A DNA stretch of 63,469 nucleotides, counting the filler, from Conidiobolus incongruus B7586 (Eukaryota), in the NCBI GenBank assembly GCA_000697335.1. It is 18 parts of 18 records of this genome, joined end to end, with 100 filler letters (N's around TTAATTAATTAA, not from the genome) between each part and the next. Parts side by side here need not be neighbours in the genome. Positions count along the whole stretch, not along the records: positions 22,508 to 26,696 come from JNEM01005823.1; positions 26,797 to 28,261 come from JNEM01005826.1; positions 28,362 to 29,883 come from JNEM01005827.1; positions 29,984 to 31,945 come from JNEM01005830.1; positions 32,046 to 33,092 come from JNEM01005836.1; positions 33,193 to 34,390 come from JNEM01005838.1; positions 34,491 to 39,887 come from JNEM01005839.1; 11 more parts are not named here. One strand, given 5' to 3'. How positions within the stretch are numbered: position 1 is the stretch's first letter; each line of letters starts with the position of its first letter. Both the position numbers and the translations under genes were made by a program. Under the pieces are notes generated by a model. The model was not told where the DNA came from, ran no database searches, and was given only the letters and a program-made list of their open reading frames with translations. Shown here piece by piece: positions 26,358-37,500 of the stretch.

Positions 26358-26696
26358 TTGCACTGGAATTTAAATAATAATATTTTTTTAAAATTGAAAA
26401 TAAATACACATTTTAATATATAACTTGAAAAATATAAAGTCAATATTTATTCTTATTATTAATAAATCTTTATATTTTTGCAAAACATCTATCTTAAGAA
26501 TAATATTTTTATCAAATATTGAAATTAATTATTATATAGATTTATTAATTTAAAATCTAGGAATTTTTTTATTAATTTATTCTTTAATAATCTAAAGCAA
26601 TTATAATTATAATTATTATAATTTGTTGAATATATTAAGTTTAATATTTTTTTTCTGATTATTTTAAATCAGACAATTTATTATAAAATTCATTTT
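26358..26696 (-). mobile_element. Diverged mariner 3' fragment
   Basis: Weakly colinear with 33206-33560 (e.g. TAATCTAAAGCAATTATAATTAT). Cut by a gap. Confidence 0.6.
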
Positions 26697-26796
26697 NNNN
26701 NNNNNNNNNNNNNNNNNNNNNNNNNNNNNNNNNNNNNNNNTTAATTAATTAANNNNNNNNNNNNNNNNNNNNNNNNNNNNNNNNNNNNNNNNNNNN

Positions 26797-28060
26797 ATAT
26801 TAATATATCCACTATAAAAAAATTTAAAATATAAATAAATGAATTTTATAACAAAATTAATTTAAAAAATTATTACTTTATATATATTAATAAAATTATT
26901 TAATAACTTTAATTTTAGTTTCTTAATTCTCTCTATGAATTTTTAATATTACTTTAATTGTTAAACTTTAAATTAAATATCTACTACTTAAAATCCTATT
27001 GATTTTTCTTTATTACTAATTCTTATGATTAACTTTGATTCTTTGTTTAAGTTTAAACCAATCAACTATTTTAGTAATTTTATCTTCAATAGATTTATTT
27101 TGAATAATAACATCACTTGATTTATTTGAAGTAAGAATCAAAGGGATTAAATTAACTACATCTTAAGGATTTTAAATAAAATAATTAAAAGGTAAATCAT
27201 TAATATTTTTTAAAAGATTATTAATAATAATATAATTTAAATATAAATAATTAATTATTAATATTATAATATAATAATAAAAAAAATAATAAAAATAACA
27301 AACTATTTATAATATCTTTAAATTATTCTTTAATAAAATCTGATTCAAAACTTTTAAAACATAAAGTACATCTAACTCTAAGTTTTTTATTTGGTTTAGA
27401 TTGTTTCCAAAACTTATTTCCTTTGTAAAACTCTCTAAAACATAATAATAAACTTTTAACTTTAAATTCATCAAATTGTTTAATTAAAATTTCATTTGAA
27501 TTATTAATATTAATATTAATAATTTTATCATTGTTATTAATATATTTGTTTAACTACCAAGTTTTATCTTCTATTAAAGTTAGTTTAATCTTTCTTTAAT
27601 TACTTAAATTCTATCTAAAATTATTAAATAAATCAATTAAAATTTAACAATGTTTAATAAAGAGTTTAGATAAATTTTTAATAATCTAAAATTGTTGATT
27701 ATATGTAACATTCTAAAGATATTGTAAATGATTTAAAAAGTTAATTTTTGTGATCTAAAGAAAATTAAATTAAAATATTATAATAAAATAAATATAATAT
27801 TTACCTTTAAAATTTAAATATTTAAAATATTATTTAATTTTAATATATTATTATTTTAAATATAAGTTTTCACATCAGTTAAAGTTTAACTTACAACTTT
27901 AATTTTTAATTTAACTCTTTTAAAACTATCTTTAATATCTTTAGTATTTAATTTTTTTAACTAATTAAATAATTTGGTTAAAGATAACTTTTTTAAATAT
28001 AACCTTTTACTAGTTGTTAATACTTTCTAACTTCTTTAGGAGGATATAGCTTTTAATATA
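26797..28060 (-). pseudogene. Unidentified hypermutated coding relic with a probable 50-nt intron (27755-27804)
   Basis: Long minus-strand readable stretches broken mostly by TAA/TAG, e.g. KQFDEFKVKSLLLCFREFYKGNKFWKQSKPNKKLRVRCTLCFKSFESDF. CpG-free like the transposons. Intron-like AAG|GTAAAT...TTCTTTAG|ATC. Confidence 0.5.
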
Positions 28061-28107
28061 TAGGTTAACCTTAGATAAATTTATTTTATAATTTATAGTT
28101 AAATTAA

Positions 28108-28140
28108 TATTATATTATATTATATTATATTATATTATAT
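28108..28140. repeat. (TATAT)n microsatellite
   Basis: TATTATATTATATTATATTATATTATATTATAT. Confidence 0.8.
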
Positions 28141-28408
28141 TTTTATACCTTAATTAGTTTATTATTTAATTTAAATGATATCCAACTAAAACTTTTACCT
28201 ATTGTTTTTAATAATAAATTTATATCTTTTAAAGTATAGAATATTAATAAGATATTAGTATNNNNNNNNNNNNNNNNNNNNNNNNNNNNNNNNNNNNNNN
28301 NNNNNTTAATTAATTAANNNNNNNNNNNNNNNNNNNNNNNNNNNNNNNNNNNNNNNNNNNNTATAGAGTAATCTAATCAAATATAGCTTATTTTTTAAAT
28401 ATTATATA

Positions 28409-29883
28409 CACTAACCTTTAAAAATAAGGTTATAAAATCAAAAACACTTATATTTTTTCTAATAACTTAATCAATATTTAATAAAATAAACTTAAGTTAA
28501 ATAATTAAAATCTATTATATTTATTAATAATATATATCATTATATAATGATATTTAGTGATTAATTAGTTAAAATATAAACACTTAAATTTTACCTAAGA
28601 TGAGTTATAAATTTATAGGTTTTTGGTGATAAAAAAAAATTAAAACTTAATATATTTATTTTTAGCTTTTCTAACTTCTTTAAGTTTGTGGGGTATAGAA
28701 TCAACTAACTTCTTATACTAAAAAGAGTTAATCTTATTCTATGCTTCTTAAACATATTCTTAAAATTGATCTAAATCTTTTACTAGGGGAAAGCTTTAAT
28801 AACTTTTTTTAACTAATCCTAAAGGTGCTTAATTAAGTTAAAGTTAAAAAATTGAAGAAGCTACTTCATAACTATTATCTTGTTATTTTTAAGCTATTTG
28901 GTAATAAAAGCTATAGTATAACAAGAGGAATTATTTTACTAGAAAATAACATTAGATTTGTTTAACTTATATTATTCAATAGTTTTTTTCAATTTATTGT
29001 TTAAAATACTTTAGTATATTTTAATATTAATTCCCCTATTATTTTATAAAGATACTTTATACCTAAAGACAATATATATCCCCAAATAATAATTAACCTA
29101 CTATTGTACTTTTGGGTAAAATTAACATAATAGTCATAAAATAGTTTTACATCTTTTTTAAAACATCTAGCTTTTTTGTTAAATTTACTAAAATATATTT
29201 TTGTTTCATTAAACTAAATAACTTTACTCAAATTAATTTTAGTTTAATATTAGTAGTGATATTTAAACTCTTACCTAGTTTTACAGTAGGATTTCTTTAG
29301 TTAAAGGTGTTTTTTCTTAAAGTGTAAGTAGTATCTATGTTAATATAAAACATATAAAATAGTATCAGTGTTAATTAATATTTTTGTATAGTTTTATAGT
29401 TCCTGTTATATTTCTACAGTAATATTATACTTACTTATATTAACCAACCTATAAATATACTTCTTATCATATTCATTTATAATCTTAACATACTTAAGTT
29501 TAAGTTTAAATATATTTTTATTATTATTCTTAATAACCTTAGCTATAGTAGATTAACTAACACTAATAATTCTAGCAATATCATAAGTTGATTTACTTTC
29601 TTTATAATGTTAATTAATGCATAAGTAGATTTTTTTAAAGAGGGATTTAAGTATAATAATACTAATAAAAAACAATATAATATATCTATAAAATATTATA
29701 TAAAATAATAGTAAAGAAAGAAAAAAGATATGGTTATATATTGTTAAATATATCCCTTTATCTCAAAAACTTATAAATTTATAACTCACCTTAGTTAAAT
29801 ATTAAAGGTTAATATTTTTGCTAATAGTTTACTAAATATATCTAAATATATTTATTTATAATCAAATAATATACCTTAATTAT
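28409..29883 (-). mobile_element. Near full-length degenerate Tc1 (DD34E) transposon
   Basis: Begins TA|CACTAACC...GTTATAAAATCAAAAA. Reverse-complement colinear with 34869-36439. The other end is in a gap. Confidence 0.9.
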
Positions 29884-29983
29884 NNNNNNNNNNNNNNNNN
29901 NNNNNNNNNNNNNNNNNNNNNNNNNNNTTAATTAATTAANNNNNNNNNNNNNNNNNNNNNNNNNNNNNNNNNNNNNNNNNNNN

Positions 29984-31267
29984 ATTGTAAATTATTATTT
30001 TAAATAATATTAATATTAAAATACCTAAATCCCTCTCTAAAAAGATTCACTTACATATTAATCAACTCTATAGTGAAGGTAAATTAACTTGTGAGATTGT
30101 TGGAATTATTAGTGTTAGCTAGTTTACTATAGCTAAAGCTATTAAAAATTATAGTAAGGATATATTTAAACCTAAACTTAAGTGTGTTAGGATTATAAAT
30201 AAATATGATAAAAGGTATATTTATAGGTTAGTTAGTATAAGTAAGTATAATATTACTATAGAAGTATAGAAAAAATTACAAGATTATATAAGAATATTAG
30301 TTAGTACTAATATTATTATATATATTTTATGTTATAATAGATATCACTTATATTTTAAAAAAAAACACCCTTAACTAAAGAAGTCTTATTATAAAACTAG
30401 GTGGGAGTTTAAATATTGCTATTAAAGTTAAACTAAAACTAATAAAAGTAAGGTTATTTAGTTTAATGAAACAAAAATATATTTTAATAAATTTAATAAA
30501 AAAGCTAGATATTTTAAAAAAGACAAAAAATTACTTTGTGACCATTATGTTATTTTAACCCAAAAATATAATAGTGGGTTAATTATAATTTAAAGATATA
30601 TATTATCTTCTAATATAAAGTATCTTTATAAAGTTGATAAGGGAATTAATGTTAAAATATATTAAAATGTTTTAAACAATAAATTAAAAAAAACTATTGA
30701 ATAGTATAAGTTAAATAAATCAGATGTTATTTTCCAACAAGATAATATTTTTTGCTATATTATTATCTCTACTACTAAATGGTTTAAAAATAATAAAATA
30801 ATAATTATAAAATAGCCTCTTTAATCCCCTAACTTTAATTTAATTAAACACTTTTAGGATTAATTAAAAAAAGTAGTTAAAGCTTTCCCACTAGCAAAAA
30901 ATTTAAATAAGCTTTAAAAATATATTTAAGAAACTTAGAACAAAATTAATCTTTTTTAATATAAGAAATTAGTTGACTCTATACCCTATAAACTTAAAGA
31001 AGTTAAGAAAACAAAAGATAGATATACTAAGTTTTAATTTTCTTTTTATAACCAAAACACATAAATTTATAACTCACCTTAAGTAAAATTTAAACTTTAA
31101 TATATCAATTAAAATTTAATATAATTAGATCAAATATTTTTAATTATAAATAAATAATATAAGTTTACTATATGTTTTAATTTAAATTAATTTAATTAAG
31201 AATTAACAGAGTTATTGATAATAATATATATAATCATAATTTTATAACTTATTTTTGTAGGCTAATG
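29984..31267 (+). mobile_element. Degenerate Tc1 (DD34E) transposon, subfamily variant; whole transposase relic plus right end
   Basis: GTTATTTTCCAACAAGATAAT reads VIFQQDN intact. AAATAGCCTCTTTAATCCCCTAAC is ex-WPPQSPD. Ends TTTTTGTAGGCTAATG|TA. Confidence 0.9.
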
Positions 31268-31750
31268 TATACAATATATATAAAATAATATTCAATCTAA
31301 ATTTAAATCATATTTTAATTTTTTTATTTTTATACAGAAATTTTTTAGTAAAAAGAATCAATAATTAATATTTTATAAAGGAGAATTATATATTAGTTAT
31401 ATTGTATATATTAAACCAAATAATTATGAATTAAATTTATTTTTAACTCTTTATAATATATATATATTCCAAAAATAATTCCAAAATAATAATATTTATT
31501 ATTCTTATATTTTTAATTTATATTTATATTTGGTATTAAGAAATTTAATTAATATAATAATTTAATATAACCTTTTTACATCTTTTATTATTAATATTTA
31601 ATTGATTATTTTTGATAATATTATTTAAAATTTAAATTAATAATAAAAAAAATTTAAAATTATCATTTATATTAAAAATAATATATTTGGCATTTTATAG
31701 TTACTTTAACTTCTATATAGAATCTATATAAGGATTAACTTAACTAAATA

Positions 31751-31945
31751 TTACCATGGAATCAAAGAAATGGGAAATTTTTTAATTTCTGATTTTTCAA
31801 ACATATTATTAGTTTCAAATAAGCAAATATATACAAAACAAATAGGAAAATAAATAGTTTTGAATTATATATATATATATATATATAATAATTTTTTTGA
31901 TTAAAAAATGAATTTTTTAAAATTAGTTGTTTAATTTAATCATGC
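31751..31945 (+). mobile_element. Mariner 5' end (lightly mutated), cut by gap at the start codon
   Basis: TA|TTACCATGGAATCAAAGAAATGGGAAATTTTTTAATTTCTGATTTTTCAAAC, an internal (TA)n, and ends in AATCATGC (ATG retained). Confidence 0.85.
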
Positions 31946-32045
31946 NNNNNNNNNNNNNNNNNNNNNNNNNNNNNNNNNNNNNNNNNNNNTTAATTAATTA
32001 ANNNNNNNNNNNNNNNNNNNNNNNNNNNNNNNNNNNNNNNNNNNN

Positions 32046-33092
32046 AAATATAATAAAAGGTATATTTATAGGTTAGTTAATATAGGTAAATATAATATTA
32101 TTATAAAAGTATAGAAAGAATTATATAATTATATAAGAATATTAGTTAATATTAATACTATTATATATACTTTATATTATATTAGAAACTATTTACATTT
32201 TAAGAAAAAACACCTTTAACTAAAGAAATCCTATTATAAAACTAGATAAAAGTTTAAATATCATAATTAAAGTTAAACTAAAATTAATTAGAGTAAGGTT
32301 ATTTAATCTAATAAAACAAAAATATATTTTAGTGAATTTAATAGAAAAGCTAAATATTTTAAAAAAAAACTACTTTGTAACTATTATGTTATTTTAACCC
32401 AAAAATATAATAATAGGCTAATTATAATTTAAGGATATATACTATCTTTTAATATAAAATATCTTTATAAAGTTAATAAAAGAATTAATACTAAGATATA
32501 TTAAAATATTTTAAACAATGAATTAAAAAAAACTATTGAATAGTATAAGTTAAATAAATCAGATATTACTTTCTAATAAGATAATACCTTTTGTTATATT
32601 ATTATTTCAATTACTAATTAGTTTAAAAATAATAAAATAATAGTTATGAAGTGGTTTTTTTTAATTTTTTAACATTAATTTAATTAAATACCTTTGGGAT
32701 TAAATAAAAAAATAGTTAAAGTTTTCCCACCAGCAAAAAATTTAAATAAGCTTTAAAAATATATTTAAAAAGCTTAGAACAAAATTAATCTTTCTTAATA
32801 TAAAAAGTTAATTAACTTTATACCTTATAAACTTAAGGAAGTTAAGAAAGTAAAAGATAAATATACTAAGTTTTAATTTTCTTTTTATAACTAAAACACA
32901 CAAATTTATAAATAACCTTAGATAAAATTTAAATTTTAATATATCAACTAAAAGTTAATATAATTAAATCAAATATATTTAATTATAAACAATTAATATA
33001 AGTATATTATATATTTTAATTTAAACTGATTTAATTAAAAATTAACAAAGTTATTGATAAAAATATATATAATTATAATTTTATAACTTAAT
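32046..33092 (+). mobile_element. Degenerate Tc1 (DD34E) transposon, both ends in gaps
   Basis: Colinear with about 30200-31250 but with a different set of transitions. Confidence 0.88.
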
Positions 33093-33205
33093 NNNNNNNN
33101 NNNNNNNNNNNNNNNNNNNNNNNNNNNNNNNNNNNNTTAATTAATTAANNNNNNNNNNNNNNNNNNNNNNNNNNNNNNNNNNNNNNNNNNNNTAATTAAT
33201 TAATA

Positions 33206-34390
33206 TTACTTTGCATTATTAATAATAAGAATTTTTTGCAATTGAAAATAAAAAAATATTTAAATATAAAATATATAAAATAAATATATAATATAAATGT
33301 AATAATTTTATTTATTATTAATAACTTTTTACTATACTTTTAGCAAAGATCTAACACTTAAAAAATAGTTTTTTTTATTAAAGACTGAAATTTAATATTT
33401 TACAAATTAATTAAATTTTCCTGTAGAAATTTTTTTTCTTATAAGTTGGTTTTTTAATTACCTAAAGCAATTATAATCATATAGGTTATAATCTAAGGAA
33501 TATACTAGATATAGTAGTTTTTTCCAGTTATTTTTAATTAGCAAGTTTTTTACAATTTTAAATTTATGAATTTTGCAATTATTATGTAAAATAATAAATC
33601 TTTTTATATTTTATTAAAAACACAAACTAGAAATATTTTTATTTAAAAAAATAATTTAAAGTTTACTATTAATTGATTTTCCTTTAAAAACTAAATAAGA
33701 GTAGCATATACCGTTATAATTTATTATAATAATTAATATTTGTTTATTAACAAAATATTTATTTAAAGGGATTTGTAGAGAAGGTTGATTTAACTTAATC
33801 TAACATCTTGATTTGTGTTTTAATAAAAAACTATACATAAAAGTTTAAGATTCATCAATTGTAATTATTTACTTTAAAAGTTTAAGCTTCTAGTAATATT
33901 TTAATAAGTTTTATTTAGTAATAGTAACTCTAGCTTTTTTTTAAGCTTTAGTTAAATTATAAAATACCTATTTTACATTTTTATTTATTAATTTGAGTTT
34001 AAACTTTAATATATATAAAATACTTCTAAAACTAATATTAAATTACTTAAATAATTCTTTAACTGAAATAAAAAAGTGTTTTTTAATATATTATTTCAGT
34101 TTATTAATGAACAAAAGAATAACAGTTAAAGTTAATTTTTTAAATTTTAATAGGTTTTAGATAATTTCTTTCTTAGCTTTAAAATAATTTACCTAGTAAT
34201 AAATTGTTAATTTAGATAATATTTTATTACTAAAAGTTGTTTGTAAATTTTAAAAAATTTTAAAGGATTTATAGTTAAGTTTTAATAATACTAAAATAAA
34301 AAACTTTTAATGATTACTATTTAGTTTAAGCATAACTAAATTAAACAACCAATTTTAAAAAGTTGATTTTTTAATCAAAAAAATTATTAT
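33206..34390 (-). mobile_element. Near full-length degenerate mariner (DD34D)
   Basis: Reverse-complement colinear with about 20220-21403. Right TIR TA|TTACTTTGCATTATTAATAATAAGAATTTTTTGCAA. Confidence 0.9.
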
Positions 34391-34490
34391 NNNNNNNNNN
34401 NNNNNNNNNNNNNNNNNNNNNNNNNNNNNNNNNNTTAATTAATTAANNNNNNNNNNNNNNNNNNNNNNNNNNNNNNNNNNNNNNNNNNNN

Positions 34491-34571
34491 ATATATTTAC
34501 CTATAACATTAATAATTCTTAAATAAATTAATTAAAATTAAAATATATAATTAAAATATATTACTTGATTA
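34491..34571. mobile_element. Fragment of Tc1 long inverted-repeat region, interrupted by the gypsy LTR
   Basis: Resembles the reverse complement of about 31145-31230. Confidence 0.55.
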
Positions 34572-37500
34572 TAATTATAAATGTAGTAGTAAATACTAAT
34601 ATAATATAAATGAAAACTTAATATAAGAATAATATAACACAAAATGTAGTATTATAATATAACTGTAATATATAAATATAAACAAAATTTAATTAAGTTT
34701 TAAATTGGGATAAGTCACTAATATATTAAGATTTATATTAAGTAATGTAAATATATTATAATATTAATAGGATATAGTTTTAATTTTAGAAATAATGAAA
34801 AGATAAATAATAGTAAGAATTGAGAGAAAAAAAAACCTAATTTATTAGATAATTTAATGTTATTTATATATTAACCTATAAAAGTAAGTTATAAAATCAA
34901 AAATATATATATATTAATTAATAACTAAAATAACTATATATATTAAATTGCTTGAAATTAGAATATATAATTAAGGTATATTATTTAATAATAAATAAAT
35001 ATATTTAGATATATATAATAAACTATTAGCAAAAATATTAACCTTTAATATTTAACTAAGATAAGTTATAAATTTACAGGTTTTTAAAATAAAAGATATA
35101 TTTAATAATATATAACCACATCTTTTTTCTCTCATTATTATATTTTATATTATAATTTATAAATATACTAAATTTTTTTTATTAATATTATTATACCTAA
35201 ATCTATCTCTAAACAAATCTACTTGTATATTAATTAACTTTATAAAAAAAATAAATCAACTTATAATATTGTTAAAATTACTAGTGTTAGCTAGTTTACT
35301 ATAGTTAAAGTTGTTAAGAATAACAATAAAAAAGCATTTAAACTTAAATTTAAATATATTAAAATTATAAATAAATATAATAAGAAGTATATTTGTAGGT
35401 TAGTTAATATAAGTAAATATAATATTATTGTAGAAATATAACAGGAATTATAAAACTATATAAAAATATTAGTTAGCACTAATACTATTATATATACTTT
35501 ATATTAGCATAGAAATTACTTTTATCTTAAGAAAAAACACCCTCAATTAGAAAAATCCCATTATAAAGTTAGGTGGGAGTTTAAATGTCACTGCTAATAT
35601 TAAACTAAAACTAATTAAAGTAAGGTTATTTAATTTAATAAAATAAAAATATACTTTAATAAATTTAATAGAAAAGCTAAATACTTTAAAAAAAATACAG
35701 AACTACTTTATAACTATTATGTTATTTTTACCTAAAAGTATAATAGTAGGTTAATTATTATTTAAGGATATATATTATCTTTAGGTATAAAGTATCTTTA
35801 TAAAATTAATAAAGGAATTAATATTGAAATATACTAAAGTATTTTAAATAATGAATTAAAAAAAACTATTGAAGAATATAGGTTAAATAAATCTAATATT
35901 ATTTTCTAATAAGATAATACTTTTTGTTATACTATAGCTTTTACTATCAAATAACTTAAAAATAATAAAATGATAGTAATAAAATAATTTATTTAATTTT
36001 TTAATTTTAATTTAATTAAACACCTTTAGGATTAATTAAAAAAAGTTATTAAAGTTTTCCCCCTAGCTAAAAATTTAAATCAACTTTAAAAATATATTTA
36101 AAAAATATAGAACAAGATTAACTTTTTTTAGTATAAAAAGTTAATTTATTCTATACCCTATAAACTTAAAGAAGTTAAAAAAGCTAAAGATAAATACACT
36201 AGGTTTTAATTTTTTTTTATCACTAAAAACCTACAAATTTATAATTTACCTAAGGTAAAATTTAAAAGTTTATAATTTAATTAATTAATAGCTAAATATC
36301 ATTATTTAATGATATATATAATTAATAAATATAATAGATTTTAATTATTTAATTTAGATTTATTTCATTAAATATTAATTAAGTTATTAATAAAAATATA
36401 AGTGTTTTTGATTTTATAACTTACTTTTATAGATTAATATATAATTAATTTAGGTATAAAAGTATAAATTAATTATATAATTTATAGTTAATTAAGTTAT
36501 ATGAAAAAATATATAAGAATTTAAAAAACTAGTTTTTTAATACTCTTTTAATAAATTTTTAAAGGAGATATACTTTTTAGATTTATATAAATAGGTATAA
36601 TAAATTGAGCTATTCTTAATATTTTCTAAAGGTTCTTATATAACTTTTTTAATTAAATTACCTATTATTTTATATAGAAATAAAGTTTATTCCTAATAGA
36701 TTTTGATTTAATTATATATTTAATATAGTATTTTTTTTATTTATCTTAATTAATAGTTAAATCTAGTTTTAAAGCTTTTAATCAATTAAGAAAAGTTTTA
36801 AAATTTTCAAAATAAGGTTTGTTTTTTAATATATAAAAGTTAAAGTTAGTCTTTAAAGTTAGGGGTAATTTTAAGATAATATATTTCAAATTTAAATTAA
36901 TAGATTAAATTTTATTAGAATTATAATATAATAGCAAGTATTTTAGATTTAAGCTAGATTTAAGTAAGATAAGTTTAAGGGTAAATTATGCTAAATATAT
37001 AAACATATTAGTTTTATATTTAAAAGGATTTTTAAATCACTTTAAATATTGTTATTTTATAATCTTTTTATGTTCTTCCAAATTAAATTTAATTTAGGAA
37101 TGAATATATTTAATATTAGATTAAAATTCAACAACATCTAAAGGTATATTAATTTAAAGTTTTAGAGTAATTATTAAGTTAGGATGTTTATTATAGTTAA
37201 TAAAATAAAGGTAAAAACTTTTTGATTTATTGATAAAAGTGTTAAATATTTATTAAAACTAGTAGATATAGCTATTTTAATTTAACTAATTAGTGTTAAT
37301 ATAAACTTTAATTGTTTTTTTTAAAGTTTTAATAGTTTTTTCAACAAGATTATTAATTTAGTAATAATTAATAGTAAAAATAGCTAGATTAATCTTGAAG
37401 GAAAAAAATAGTAACCTTTAAAATTAAAAGTTGAATTATATATCTTTATTAGATTTAATAATTTGTAGAATTTAATAATAGGTAAAAATATTAAAGAATG

